64,000 bases of DNA, from NCBI GenBank assembly GCA_030589895.1, contig JAUUZQ010000001.1, positions 31,545-95,544 on the forward strand, written 5' to 3'. The notes under the pieces are model-generated. The model was given only the letters and a program-made list of their open reading frames with translations. It was not told the origin of the DNA and made no database searches. The stretch comes from Bacteroidales bacterium (GTDB taxonomy: Bacteria > Bacteroidota > Bacteroidia > Bacteroidales > GCA-2748055). The position numbers were made by a program, and so were the translations under genes. Shown here piece after piece: positions 37,835 through 46,380 of the stretch; position 1 is the stretch's first letter, and every line of letters begins with the position of its first letter.

Positions 37835-38971
37835 CTATCGAATTTCCAGGTCAGGATAAAAAGCTGCCCAGGCGAACCAAAAACCAATATAAGAATCAGT
37901 CGGAATTAGTCTCTGCCCCTTAAGCGGACCATTGATTGCCTCCCCGAAAATATCGTAACTATTACCATTGTTGTCTTCAAAGACAGTCGGGAACTGATTT
38001 TGTACTCCCCTGTAAATTACAGATGCACTTTCATCGCTATAAAATGATACGATAAAGTTTTTTTGCTCGCTTCCCACAACAACAATACGCCGATCGCCAA
38101 GCACATCAGAAACCACCCTGATTTCATCCGGGAAATGTCCGAATCTGTATATAGCCGTCACATTTTTACCAATGACTCCATGTACTCTTTCCTTGTTCGG
38201 GACTCTGCTATCGCTGTTTGATACCGGAAATAATATATAGTCATTGTTTGTTTTATAATCACCATAAGGATATTTTCCATACGGTCTCTCATAGCCGGTT
38301 CTCGTGGATACTACATCCGAATCCGGATACAATTCCATCCACGTTTGCCATGTCGTTTCTACTACTGGAAACAGCACTGCCTTTGTTGTAATTAATTTTC
38401 CACCTACACAATCTAATCGCATTTGCGACCAATTACTATCTGTGGCCCTGTCGTAGGGAATAATGTTTGAATTGTAGAGTAAACCAGACACTCCAAAAGT
38501 GGTCAAGCCACCTTTTAGTTCCCTGTTCCATGCCATTCCGGTTCCTGTCAAGGGACAATAAATAATTGAGAAATAAGCATCATCAATATTATCATTAGCG
38601 ATTTCGTGCCAATCAAGAATTGAATGTGGATAGGCCCTTGCCTTATCCCCGATACGTATTCCTACAACAAGGTCAGCATCAGTCAGGAAATTCAATGTTT
38701 CGGATGAAACAAGATGTGGATCCAGCAGTGCCGGAATGCCATCCTTGCCCGGACCCCCATCAAATACATCACCTTTCGGAATAAGCCACTGAGCTGAGCT
38801 CTGGTCATCAGAATTATCAACACGGTTATCCGTAGTGTCATTATCGGCAACATTATCGTTATTCTGAACATTGCCATTATTATCAATATCATCCGTTATG
38901 GGATCACATCCTGTAATTGTTAGCAATGCGATTGCCATTGCAATAAGTATTATCTCCTTTTTCATAATCAT
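37835..38971 (-). CDS. DUF3179-family lipoprotein with Asn/Asp-rich linker
   Basis: Lipobox TITGC. Low-complexity DDIDNNGNVQNNDNVADNDTTDNRVDNSDD, then GGPGKDGIPALLDP...YCPLTGTG..., matching my recollection of the DUF3179 signature. Confidence 0.6.
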   Translation of the reverse strand: MIMKKEIILIAMAIALLTITGCDPITDDIDNNGNVQNNDNVADNDTTDNRVDNSDDQSSAQWLIPKGDVFDGGPGKDGIPALLDPHLVSSETLNFLTDADLVVGIRIGDKARAYPHSILDWHEIANDNIDDAYFSIIYCPLTGTGMAWNRELKGGLTTFGVSGLLYNSNIIPYDRATDSNWSQMRLDCVGGKLITTKAVLFPVVETTWQTWMELYPDSDVVSTRTGYERPYGKYPYGDYKTNNDYILFPVSNSDSRVPNKERVHGVIGKNVTAIYRFGHFPDEIRVVSDVLGDRRIVVVGSEQKNFIVSFYSDESASVIYRGVQNQFPTVFEDNNGNSYDIFGEAINGPLKGQRLIPTDSYIGFWFAWAAFYPDLEIR

Positions 38972-38992
38972 ATGTATTAATTCAACAAACTA

Positions 38993-39967
38993 TCAAAACA
39001 GAGATTCATTCTCTATTTTCATTTTTGGTTTTATTGTTACATAAAAACCAGCTCTTAATCGAAAAGTAGTTGTCAGTTGAGTTCCTTCAACAAAGCTAAA
39101 CAGAGGTATCTCCGGTACAATTGAAAACAGAGTATTTTGAGTGATGCCAATCCCTATTGCAGGAACAATGTAAAGCCAGCTTCCACCTGTATTATCAAGT
39201 CCTCTTCCATTTAATTTATCAGGAAATGCTCTTCTGTGTCTTGCAGATAAACCAAAGCTCACGGGTCTGTCAGCCAGAAGGATTTGATCGCCAAAGCCAA
39301 GTATTAGTTGGTAGCTATTCCCAAACTGGTATTCACTAAAACCAAGATAATCTCTGTTTTTACCATTTAGCCTGTATGTGAAACTCAGATTAAAATTTCT
39401 TTGTGGTCTCTTAAAAGACTGTCTGGAGAGATGCATCCATGAAAACATATCCCATGAGCCACTACCGGGTTGAAGATCTGCGCTGTACTGAAATCCCAGG
39501 TCATTGGTTCTATCTGTGGCAGCCAGAGGCAACTTCGGGCCAAAGCCAAGCTGCCCGTTTATACCTGTATATCTATTATCCTGAAATAAATATTTAAAAA
39601 GCAGCACCGCATCCCCAATACCTGAAGTGAGGTCGGTAGTTACATTTCCAAATTGCTCGATTACCCTTTGCTGAAAAACATAAGTGAAAAGTATGTCTGT
39701 TGCAAAGTGTTTTGAGATTGTATATCCTGACTTAAAAAGTATCGATTGAGTGGTTCTTACTCTTGATCCGTCATCTAAAACTTCCGATTCATTATAAAGA
39801 GAATTCAGGTAATTCAGATCATAACTAAGGTCAAATTGAAAAAGTTGTGGCTCAAAAGAAGAAAATCCAACATTCCCCGAAAGAGGGACTCCTCCAGAGC
39901 AGCAGGTTTGAGAGTAAGCACTGGGAAAAGAGACAGCACATGCCAGTATGATGATCCAACTTCGCAT
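38993..39967 (-). CDS. Outer-membrane beta-barrel protein with vicinal cysteines at the mature N-terminus
   Basis: The signal peptide ends AYSQ, followed by TCCSGGVPLSGN. Alternating strand pattern, GIGD motif and a terminal Phe (...ENESLF) are typical of OM barrels. Confidence 0.6.
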   Translation of the reverse strand: MRSWIIILACAVSFPSAYSQTCCSGGVPLSGNVGFSSFEPQLFQFDLSYDLNYLNSLYNESEVLDDGSRVRTTQSILFKSGYTISKHFATDILFTYVFQQRVIEQFGNVTTDLTSGIGDAVLLFKYLFQDNRYTGINGQLGFGPKLPLAATDRTNDLGFQYSADLQPGSGSWDMFSWMHLSRQSFKRPQRNFNLSFTYRLNGKNRDYLGFSEYQFGNSYQLILGFGDQILLADRPVSFGLSARHRRAFPDKLNGRGLDNTGGSWLYIVPAIGIGITQNTLFSIVPEIPLFSFVEGTQLTTTFRLRAGFYVTIKPKMKIENESLF

Positions 39968-40020
39968 TTATATATCTGTTTTGATACTTTGACGGAGGGG
40001 AGAAGCTATTCCTTACATTG

Positions 40021-40175
40021 TGAAGTCAGAAATCGGGATAGAAAGTTCGGAATTCGGGGTTCAAAGATGGTGTTCGGTCTTCAGAGTTTGGAGTTCAAAA
40101 ATCGGCTCCCGGAATTCATAGCCAAGATTTCGGAGTTGAGATTTCAGAGTTAAAAGATCAGAGTTTGGAGTTGGA
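40021..40175. repeat. Low-complexity array of TTCGG/GAGTT words with a 15-bp exact direct repeat
   Basis: TCAGAGTTTGGAGTT occurs at 40081-40095 and 40158-40172. Related words (AGTTCGGAATTCGGGGTTCAAAG, TTTCGGAGTTGAGATTTCAGAGTT) lie between. Confidence 0.7.
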
Positions 40176-40184
40176 AGTCATTAT

Positions 40185-41048
40185 TTACGGAATAAAAACA
40201 ATTGTATCCCGAAGTACTGAGCTTACTGCAAAATAGCCTATTGCTCCGGTACTTAGGTTTGTAAACGGATCACCTGGTTTAACATCAAACAGACCACCAT
40301 TCCAGGTAGTTTCAGACAACATTCCCCTGAGAAATTCCTGGTAACCATCCGACAATGATTCCTTTGTGATGGTAACGATTGTTCCCGGTGGAAATCTGAC
40401 ATGATCGTGGTTGGAAGCAAATAATTCATTGGCATCCACTGTAAGCGCACTGAAATAATATCCAAAAATGATTGCATGATTATGCTCATCCGGTAATTCT
40501 TTATAGCCGGCCACAGCAGACCAATCCAACTCCAGTTTCATAAGGGAAGGAGCATCACTTCCGCCAAAGTAAAGTTCGTACAGGTCAGGATTCTCTGATA
40601 CTCTGTAGTACCTGGGATACTGAATTGGCGTGAGCCCTTCCATCCTGGCCAATCCCCAGAATTCATACTCATCAATCTGTATAAGCAGAGCGTAAGTTTT
40701 ACCCTCAACTCCCTGTACATCAGGATCTGTGAGATATACTCCAGGCCGGATCGGGTCCTCTGCAAGGTAGATGTACTGATCTCCATCATGAAATGCTACT
40801 TCAGCACCACTAACAGGACGTGAGATACCATTGATCTCGTAAACAGGCAGTGAAAGTTTTACCTCATGCGCCCTCTTTTCATTCGTGAGTTTTGCATCAA
40901 CCACCAGGCGTAATTCGTTCTCCGTCTCAAGTTCCCAGTCAACTTTTTCCTGACAGGCAGAGAGAATAAAAAATATGGCGAACAACAAAGGTCTTGCTCC
41001 GGTTATCCACTGCTGAATATTCAGCTTGTATATTGATTTTCCTTCCAT
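40185..41048 (-). CDS. DUF4249-like lipoprotein (TonB-receptor-associated)
   Basis: Lipobox ILSAC. 287 aa, positioned 1 nt downstream of the TonB-dependent receptor, the usual DUF4249 context in Bacteroidota. Confidence 0.55.
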   Translation of the reverse strand: MEGKSIYKLNIQQWITGARPLLFAIFFILSACQEKVDWELETENELRLVVDAKLTNEKRAHEVKLSLPVYEINGISRPVSGAEVAFHDGDQYIYLAEDPIRPGVYLTDPDVQGVEGKTYALLIQIDEYEFWGLARMEGLTPIQYPRYYRVSENPDLYELYFGGSDAPSLMKLELDWSAVAGYKELPDEHNHAIIFGYYFSALTVDANELFASNHDHVRFPPGTIVTITKESLSDGYQEFLRGMLSETTWNGGLFDVKPGDPFTNLSTGAIGYFAVSSVLRDTIVFIP

Positions 41049-41049
41049 A

Positions 41050-43710
41050 TTAAAAACTAAAATGGTAGCTAAGAGAAGGTACCATCTGGTATATATAAAA
41101 CTGTGTTGGCGTTAGCTCTGGGGTTTCATAATAATTATAAGGCACGACCAATTGTCCCGACTGATTCTCAATCTTGTTAAAGTGCACTGCCACCGGGTTC
41201 TTGCGACCATATAAATTATAAATTGAAAAGATCAGTTCATGATCAAACCTGCCCTCTTTCTTTCTCAAATCCCAATTCAGTGCAATATCTAACCTGTGAT
41301 AATCAGGTAATCTGTCGTTATTTCGCTTAAAATATATGGGTACCTGGTAGTTTTCATAGTAGTAGAATGCTGTGGGAGTTGTTATTGGTGCTCCGGTCAT
41401 GTAAATGAAATTTCCCGACAGCTCTAAACTGGGACTTATCTGATATGACAGAAAGAGGGAGAGATCATGAGGCCGATCTCCGTATGATGGATATGGATTG
41501 CCGCTATTGATATCCTCAATAGTCAGAAGCGACCTGGAAAATGTATATGAGATCCATCCATTCAATTTACCAAACTTCTTTGATAGCATAGTTTCCAGAC
41601 CGTATGCATTTCCATCTCCAAACCTTAATTCATATTCCAGCAAAGGATTCATAAGTAGCCTGGCATGATCACGATAATCGATCTGATTCCTCATATATTT
41701 ATAGTAAAGCTCCGCATCAGCTTTCAATCCGGATTCTGCAAATCGGTGTGAATAGCCAAATGTAAACTGGTCAGCCCGTTGTGGTTTTATCAGCGGTCCG
41801 CTGGGCAACCATACTTCCAATGTTGTAAAAGGACTGATAGAGTTTGTAATCAGATGTTCGAACTGACTGGTCCTGCTATAACTTAGCTTCAGCAGATCGT
41901 TTTTACCGGTTTTATAAACCATACCAAACCTCGGGTCAACACTGATATATGTATTGTAAAGTTGTCCGCTCCCATACTCATGCGCATCTAACTGCTTGTC
42001 AGTAAACAAATATTCTATAGCAGGTCCAACACTGTTCCATGTTGTTAACCTGACTCCCGTCCTTAGTGATAATCTATTTGAAATGATTAACTGGTCACTC
42101 AGATAAAGGTTACTCTCATTAGATCTTTTGGTAGATATTACATTTGGAAGTGTAAATAAATTATAGTTCTCATAATAGTTTCCCGGATTGATAAAATGCT
42201 CTGCCATCTTTACTCCAAAACGAAGTGTATTGACAGGATTGATAAACCATGTAAAATCTGTCTTCAGACTAAAATTATCGATATGTGAGTTCCAGTAATC
42301 TCCCTGAAGCAGATTCATGTTTAGATAGTAGTCATACTGGCTTGCATAGAGTGTTGTATTCGAAAAAAGTTTGTCACTGAACAAGTGGTTCCACCGTAAC
42401 GTAGCCGTCCTGTTTTGCCAGTTGATCCCTGAAATCCTCTCAGGATTTTCATACACTTCAAAATTATCTACGCTATTATAAAGAGAGAAGAATATTCGAT
42501 TCTTATCATTGATCCTATAATTCAATTTGAAATGAAGATCGGCAAAATGAAGATCATTCAGCTCTTCATTATACTTTTGAACTGGCTTAAGAATATAGGA
42601 TCTCCTTCCTGAAACGAAATATGAAATATGATCCTTCCAGATCGGCCCCTCCATTGACAATCTTGATGAGAGCAATCCCATGCTGCCATCCATTCCAAAT
42701 TGCTGCATATTGCCATCTTTTGTTCGAATATCAACGAGGGATGACAATCGCCCACCGTAGGTTGCAGGAAAATCACCTTTATATACCTGTATCTCCTTGA
42801 CAGCATCCGGCACAACTGTTGAGAAAAAACCCAGCAGATGTGTAGGATTATAAACGGGAGCTTCATCTATGGTGATCAGATTTTGATCGCGACTTCCGCC
42901 TCTCACATAAAAAATAGTTGAGCCATCGCCAAAAAATTTAATTCCAGGGATCGCCGCCAGGGATTTTATTACATCCTTCTCACCAAATAATGCAGGCATC
43001 TTTCTAACCGATTCAGGTCTTATTTTTTGCTCAGAGCTTCTGCTTGTTTTAATGATATTCTCTGAATCTTCAGAATAAATAACGACCTCTAGAATGGAAG
43101 TAAGTTGTTCATCCAGCTGAAAAGAAACTTGCATATCCTTTGAATCTATTGCTTTGAACCGGGATAAATATCCGATGTATGAACATGTGAGTGAATCTTT
43201 TGGCTCACTAAGTGTTAGCGAGTAAAATCCATAATTGTTGGAAATCGTTCCAATACTGCCACCATTAACAGATATTGTAGCTCCTATGAGTAATTCACCT
43301 GTTGAGAGATCTTTAACATAACCACTAATGGTATAGCTAAGATCAGCCTTCTGAACTTCCGGCTCCTCTATGACAGCTGCTTTCTCTCTTTTTCTTCTTC
43401 TTTTTAAAACGATCTGCTCCTCCACAAATAGAAACCTCACTCTTCGCTCCTCGAAAAGCATCTTCAATACTTCTTCTAAGTTCTTATCATCAATATGAAT
43501 AGAAACTTGTTCATCATCATCAATTATCCTGCTGCCATAAGAAAAACTAAGTTTTGATTTCTTTTCAATCTCATCAAAAACATCCCTTATGCTTACATTC
43601 TCAAGGTGCAGAGAATAACGTTCCTCTTCAGGCTGTCCCTGTGATAAAGTTGAAACAGACAATAAAACCAGAAGGTAATATATGATATATCCTTTTTTAA
43701 AAGACATCAT
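41050..43710 (-). CDS. TonB-dependent receptor/transducer with N-terminal STN and carboxypeptidase-regulatory-like domains
   Basis: STN-like N-terminus (LENVSIRDVFDEIEKKSKLSFSY). CarboxypepD_reg-like YTISGYVKDLSTGELLIGATISV. Plug (PALFGEKDVIKSLAAIPG), and a barrel ending SLSYHFSF. Confidence 0.88.
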   Translation of the reverse strand: MMSFKKGYIIYYLLVLLSVSTLSQGQPEEERYSLHLENVSIRDVFDEIEKKSKLSFSYGSRIIDDDEQVSIHIDDKNLEEVLKMLFEERRVRFLFVEEQIVLKRRRKREKAAVIEEPEVQKADLSYTISGYVKDLSTGELLIGATISVNGGSIGTISNNYGFYSLTLSEPKDSLTCSYIGYLSRFKAIDSKDMQVSFQLDEQLTSILEVVIYSEDSENIIKTSRSSEQKIRPESVRKMPALFGEKDVIKSLAAIPGIKFFGDGSTIFYVRGGSRDQNLITIDEAPVYNPTHLLGFFSTVVPDAVKEIQVYKGDFPATYGGRLSSLVDIRTKDGNMQQFGMDGSMGLLSSRLSMEGPIWKDHISYFVSGRRSYILKPVQKYNEELNDLHFADLHFKLNYRINDKNRIFFSLYNSVDNFEVYENPERISGINWQNRTATLRWNHLFSDKLFSNTTLYASQYDYYLNMNLLQGDYWNSHIDNFSLKTDFTWFINPVNTLRFGVKMAEHFINPGNYYENYNLFTLPNVISTKRSNESNLYLSDQLIISNRLSLRTGVRLTTWNSVGPAIEYLFTDKQLDAHEYGSGQLYNTYISVDPRFGMVYKTGKNDLLKLSYSRTSQFEHLITNSISPFTTLEVWLPSGPLIKPQRADQFTFGYSHRFAESGLKADAELYYKYMRNQIDYRDHARLLMNPLLEYELRFGDGNAYGLETMLSKKFGKLNGWISYTFSRSLLTIEDINSGNPYPSYGDRPHDLSLFLSYQISPSLELSGNFIYMTGAPITTPTAFYYYENYQVPIYFKRNNDRLPDYHRLDIALNWDLRKKEGRFDHELIFSIYNLYGRKNPVAVHFNKIENQSGQLVVPYNYYETPELTPTQFYIYQMVPSLSYHFSF

Positions 43711-44717
43711 TCAGAATCAATCCTTATTTGATTTCCATTCTTCTCAATTTTTAAATCGAGCGTACTTTCAAGAACGTTTAAAACGGCCTCTAATTCCTGG
43801 TTTGTGAAGGATACTGTAATCGTAAATTCAGACAGTCCCGGATCCACCAGGACAATATCAACATTATAGGTATGAGCTATAACTCTGATCACCTCTTCAA
43901 TTGGAGTATCTGTAAATACCAATTCCCGCGTTTTCCATGCAATCGCATTTGCGTTTCCGGATTTTATCAGGTTCAATTCCTTTTTCTCCCTCGTGTATAT
44001 TCCCGTATTCCCTTTGGCCAGAAGGATCTGATGATCTGACTCTCTTTTTGAAGCCATGGCAACAAGTCCTGAGCTAACTGTTACTTCAACTACCTTGCTT
44101 TCGGGATAGGCTCTGACATTGAATTTTGTCCCCAGAACCTCAACTCTTGCAAGACCTGCATCTATTATAAATGGTCTTGTTGTATCTCTGGCAACCTCAA
44201 AATATGCCTCACCATTTAACTTGATCATCCTGTAAGAGAGTGATTCCCTCTTTGTGTATTTGATTGTTGAACCACTGTTTAATGTAAGCAAAGTTCCGTC
44301 CGGCAATACAATCTCTTTAATTCCACTCTCCACAGCTACTCTTTCATACATCAGCATTTGCCTGCCTCCATACCATCCGGCTACTCCTAACACTCCGATC
44401 ACTAAGGCTGCAGCCACACGCAACACGATCATTCTAAGGGATCGTCCACTGGTATTTATACGCTCGTCAGGTTCAAAATCTATCTTGTCTGCCAGCATAT
44501 TCCACTCGCCATCCATATCATATTTTGATCTGGCAGCCAGGTGATCCACTCCATCCCAAATCTTTTTATATGCAGAAAACTGAGCCAGTTTTTCACTGTC
44601 AACATTGATCAAATGCTCAAACTGCTCCTTTTCAGAAACAGTCATCTCATCAGATAAATACCTGACAATCTGATCATTAAATTCGATATGTAGCTCCTCT
44701 TTTTCCATAACGTTCAT
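43707..44717 (-). CDS. FecR-family anti-sigma factor
   Basis: N-terminal cytoplasmic region, one TM helix (VAAALVIGVLGVAGWY) and a FecR domain (LPDGTLLTLNSGSTIKY...GEAYFEV). It overlaps the receptor start by 4 nt. Confidence 0.85.
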   Translation of the reverse strand: MNVMEKEELHIEFNDQIVRYLSDEMTVSEKEQFEHLINVDSEKLAQFSAYKKIWDGVDHLAARSKYDMDGEWNMLADKIDFEPDERINTSGRSLRMIVLRVAAALVIGVLGVAGWYGGRQMLMYERVAVESGIKEIVLPDGTLLTLNSGSTIKYTKRESLSYRMIKLNGEAYFEVARDTTRPFIIDAGLARVEVLGTKFNVRAYPESKVVEVTVSSGLVAMASKRESDHQILLAKGNTGIYTREKKELNLIKSGNANAIAWKTRELVFTDTPIEEVIRVIAHTYNVDIVLVDPGLSEFTITVSFTNQELEAVLNVLESTLDLKIEKNGNQIRIDSE

Positions 44718-44750
44718 CTATAACACACATGAACCTCGTTTTACCCCTAC

Positions 44751-44807
44751 TGTGCCCACCGAAGCTTCAGCAAAGGAGGGTTGTGCCCACCGAAGCTTCA
44801 GCAAAGG
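44751..44807. repeat. Two 31-bp-period direct repeats, each containing the palindrome GAAGCTTC
   Basis: TGTGCCCACCGAAGCTTCAGCAAAGG is exact at 44751 and 44782. A degenerate third copy (ATTGCGACCACCCTC) follows. It lies in the 107-bp sigma/FecR gap. Confidence 0.8.
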
Positions 44808-44824
44808 GGGATTGCGACCACCCT

Positions 44825-45385
44825 CTAATTCAGCCCATTCCACAATAACCACACCACCAATACCAGATAATCTGCCAGTTTTTCCCGCAATATCTTCAAG
44901 GCCTTTGACATTTGGTTTTCAACTGTTTTTAAAGAAATATTTAATTTTTCTGCGATCTCTGTATATTTCAATCCTTCGAAACGACTCATCTCAAACACCT
45001 CTCTGCACTTCTCCGGCAAACCTTCAATCACCTTGTTTATACGGTCTTCCAGCTCCATAGCATCCATCTGTGATTCTACATCTATCTCTGAAGCGATATC
45101 CGGAACCTCCTCGCTTGAAAACTTCTTCCTGTCCCTTATCACATTAAGGCTCCTGTTATGTACCGATTTAAAAAGATAGGATTTTAATGAAGTTGATGTA
45201 TCCATCGACTCTCGCTTCTCCCACAAATTTATGAATACATTATGAACCACTTCGCGTGCATCATCCTCATCCGGTAGGAATTTTTTCGCAAAGGCCATCA
45301 ATGCAGGAAAAAATTTCCTGAACAGCAGCTCGAACGAACCCTTGTCAATCGGGCCAGCGATATGTAGCTCCTTTTCGGTGGTCAT
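44825..45385 (-). CDS. ECF-type RNA polymerase sigma-70 factor
   Basis: Region 2 (DDAREVVHNVFINLWE) and region 4 HTH (LKYTEIAEKLNISLKTVENQMSKAL). Confidence 0.9.
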   Translation of the reverse strand: MTTEKELHIAGPIDKGSFELLFRKFFPALMAFAKKFLPDEDDAREVVHNVFINLWEKRESMDTSTSLKSYLFKSVHNRSLNVIRDRKKFSSEEVPDIASEIDVESQMDAMELEDRINKVIEGLPEKCREVFEMSRFEGLKYTEIAEKLNISLKTVENQMSKALKILREKLADYLVLVVWLLWNGLN

Positions 45386-45404
45386 GTGGGTAAAGATATG
45401 TTTT

Positions 45405-45536
45405 AAAGGTAAAAGGTAAAAGTAAAAAGGTAAAAATGAAAAGGGAGAATACGAAGGGGAAAGGGAAAAGAATGCGAAAGACGAAAGGCAAAAGAAGCAA
45501 ATGCGAAGGGAGAAGAGGAGAAAGGGTCCCGATAGC
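45405..45536. repeat. ~130-bp purine-rich (plus strand) low-complexity tract built of GGTAAAAG / GCGAAAG words
   Basis: AAAGGTAAAAGGTAAAAGTAAAAAGGTAAAAATGAAAAGGGAGAATACGAAGGGGAAAGGGAAAAGAATGCGAAAGACGAAAGGCAAAAGAAGCAAATGCGAAGGGAGAAGAGGAGAAAGGG, located between the divergent sigma and plsC genes. Confidence 0.8.
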
Positions 45537-45614
45537 TATGAGTAGGGAGATTAAACTCATCAAAAAAAATAGTAATTTGCAGCAAAATAATAAAAAGAAA
45601 TCTTTCAGAATCTG

Positions 45615-46370
45615 ATGCGATTATTTCTACTAAAGCTATACTCTATTCTTGCATGGATAACCATGGTTATTACATCTACAATCATCACTCCATTTTTTCT
45701 GCTTGTATGGCTATGTACGTTCTGGTGGGATAAACGCAGATTGTGGACTCACATGATAGGTGTCTTTTGGGCCTGGCATTATCAATCACTGATTATATTC
45801 TGGAAAATAGAGCTAAAAGGGAGAAAGAAGATACCATGGAATCGTCCGGTTGTACTTGTTGCAAACCACCGGTCACTTGTAGATACTGTTTCTCTCTTCA
45901 GTATACGCCGGCCATTTAAATGGGTCTCAAAAGCAGAGAATTTTAAAATCCCTTTCATCGGAATGGTGCTCTCACTTACAAACTCAATAAAGATAGAACG
46001 TGATAGTTCTCGTGCTGGTTTTCAATTCATTAATCAGGCAGAAACTGAAATGAAAAAGGGTTCTTCCATATTGGTTTTCCCTGAAGGTACCAGGTCGAAA
46101 ACCGGAAAGATGAGGAATTTCCAGGATGGCGCATTTGTACTGGCGAAAAGGATGAATTGTGGTATTATTCCCATCGTTCATATTGGGACTGAAAAGGCAC
46201 TTTATTCCGGTAAAAAATCGTGGGTATTACGAGGGAAGACAAAAATCAGGATAAATGTACTCGACGAGGTAAGCGCTAAAGAGGTTTCAAAAATGGAGGT
46301 AAGCGAGCTGAAGGAGCATTTGTATAAGATCATGGAAAAAGGGATAGAGGAGTTGGAGGGGATTGCATGA
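45615..46370 (+). CDS. plsC: 1-acyl-sn-glycerol-3-phosphate acyltransferase
   Basis: An N-terminal TM helix and the acyltransferase motifs ANHRSLVDT and VFPEGTRS. Confidence 0.85.
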   Translation: MRLFLLKLYSILAWITMVITSTIITPFFLLVWLCTFWWDKRRLWTHMIGVFWAWHYQSLIIFWKIELKGRKKIPWNRPVVLVANHRSLVDTVSLFSIRRPFKWVSKAENFKIPFIGMVLSLTNSIKIERDSSRAGFQFINQAETEMKKGSSILVFPEGTRSKTGKMRNFQDGAFVLAKRMNCGIIPIVHIGTEKALYSGKKSWVLRGKTKIRINVLDEVSAKEVSKMEVSELKEHLYKIMEKGIEELEGIA

Positions 46371-46380
46371 TACCTGCCGC

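Noticed and set aside
39836-40153. Plus-strand 105-aa ORF spanning the barrel gene 5' end and the GAGTT-word array.
   Set aside because: It overlaps a well-supported minus-strand gene, and its remainder is repeat-derived low complexity.
44752-45060. Plus-strand 102-aa ORF overlapping the ECF sigma factor and the 31-bp repeats.
   Set aside because: It lies opposite a sigma factor with clear region 2 and 4 motifs, and its N-terminus is translated from the direct repeats.
45345-45585. Minus-strand ORFs 45345-45563 and 45403-45585, encoding Phe/Leu/Pro-rich peptides.
   Set aside because: They are read-through of the complement of the purine tract. They are low-complexity, have no start context, and overlap the sigma factor 5' end.
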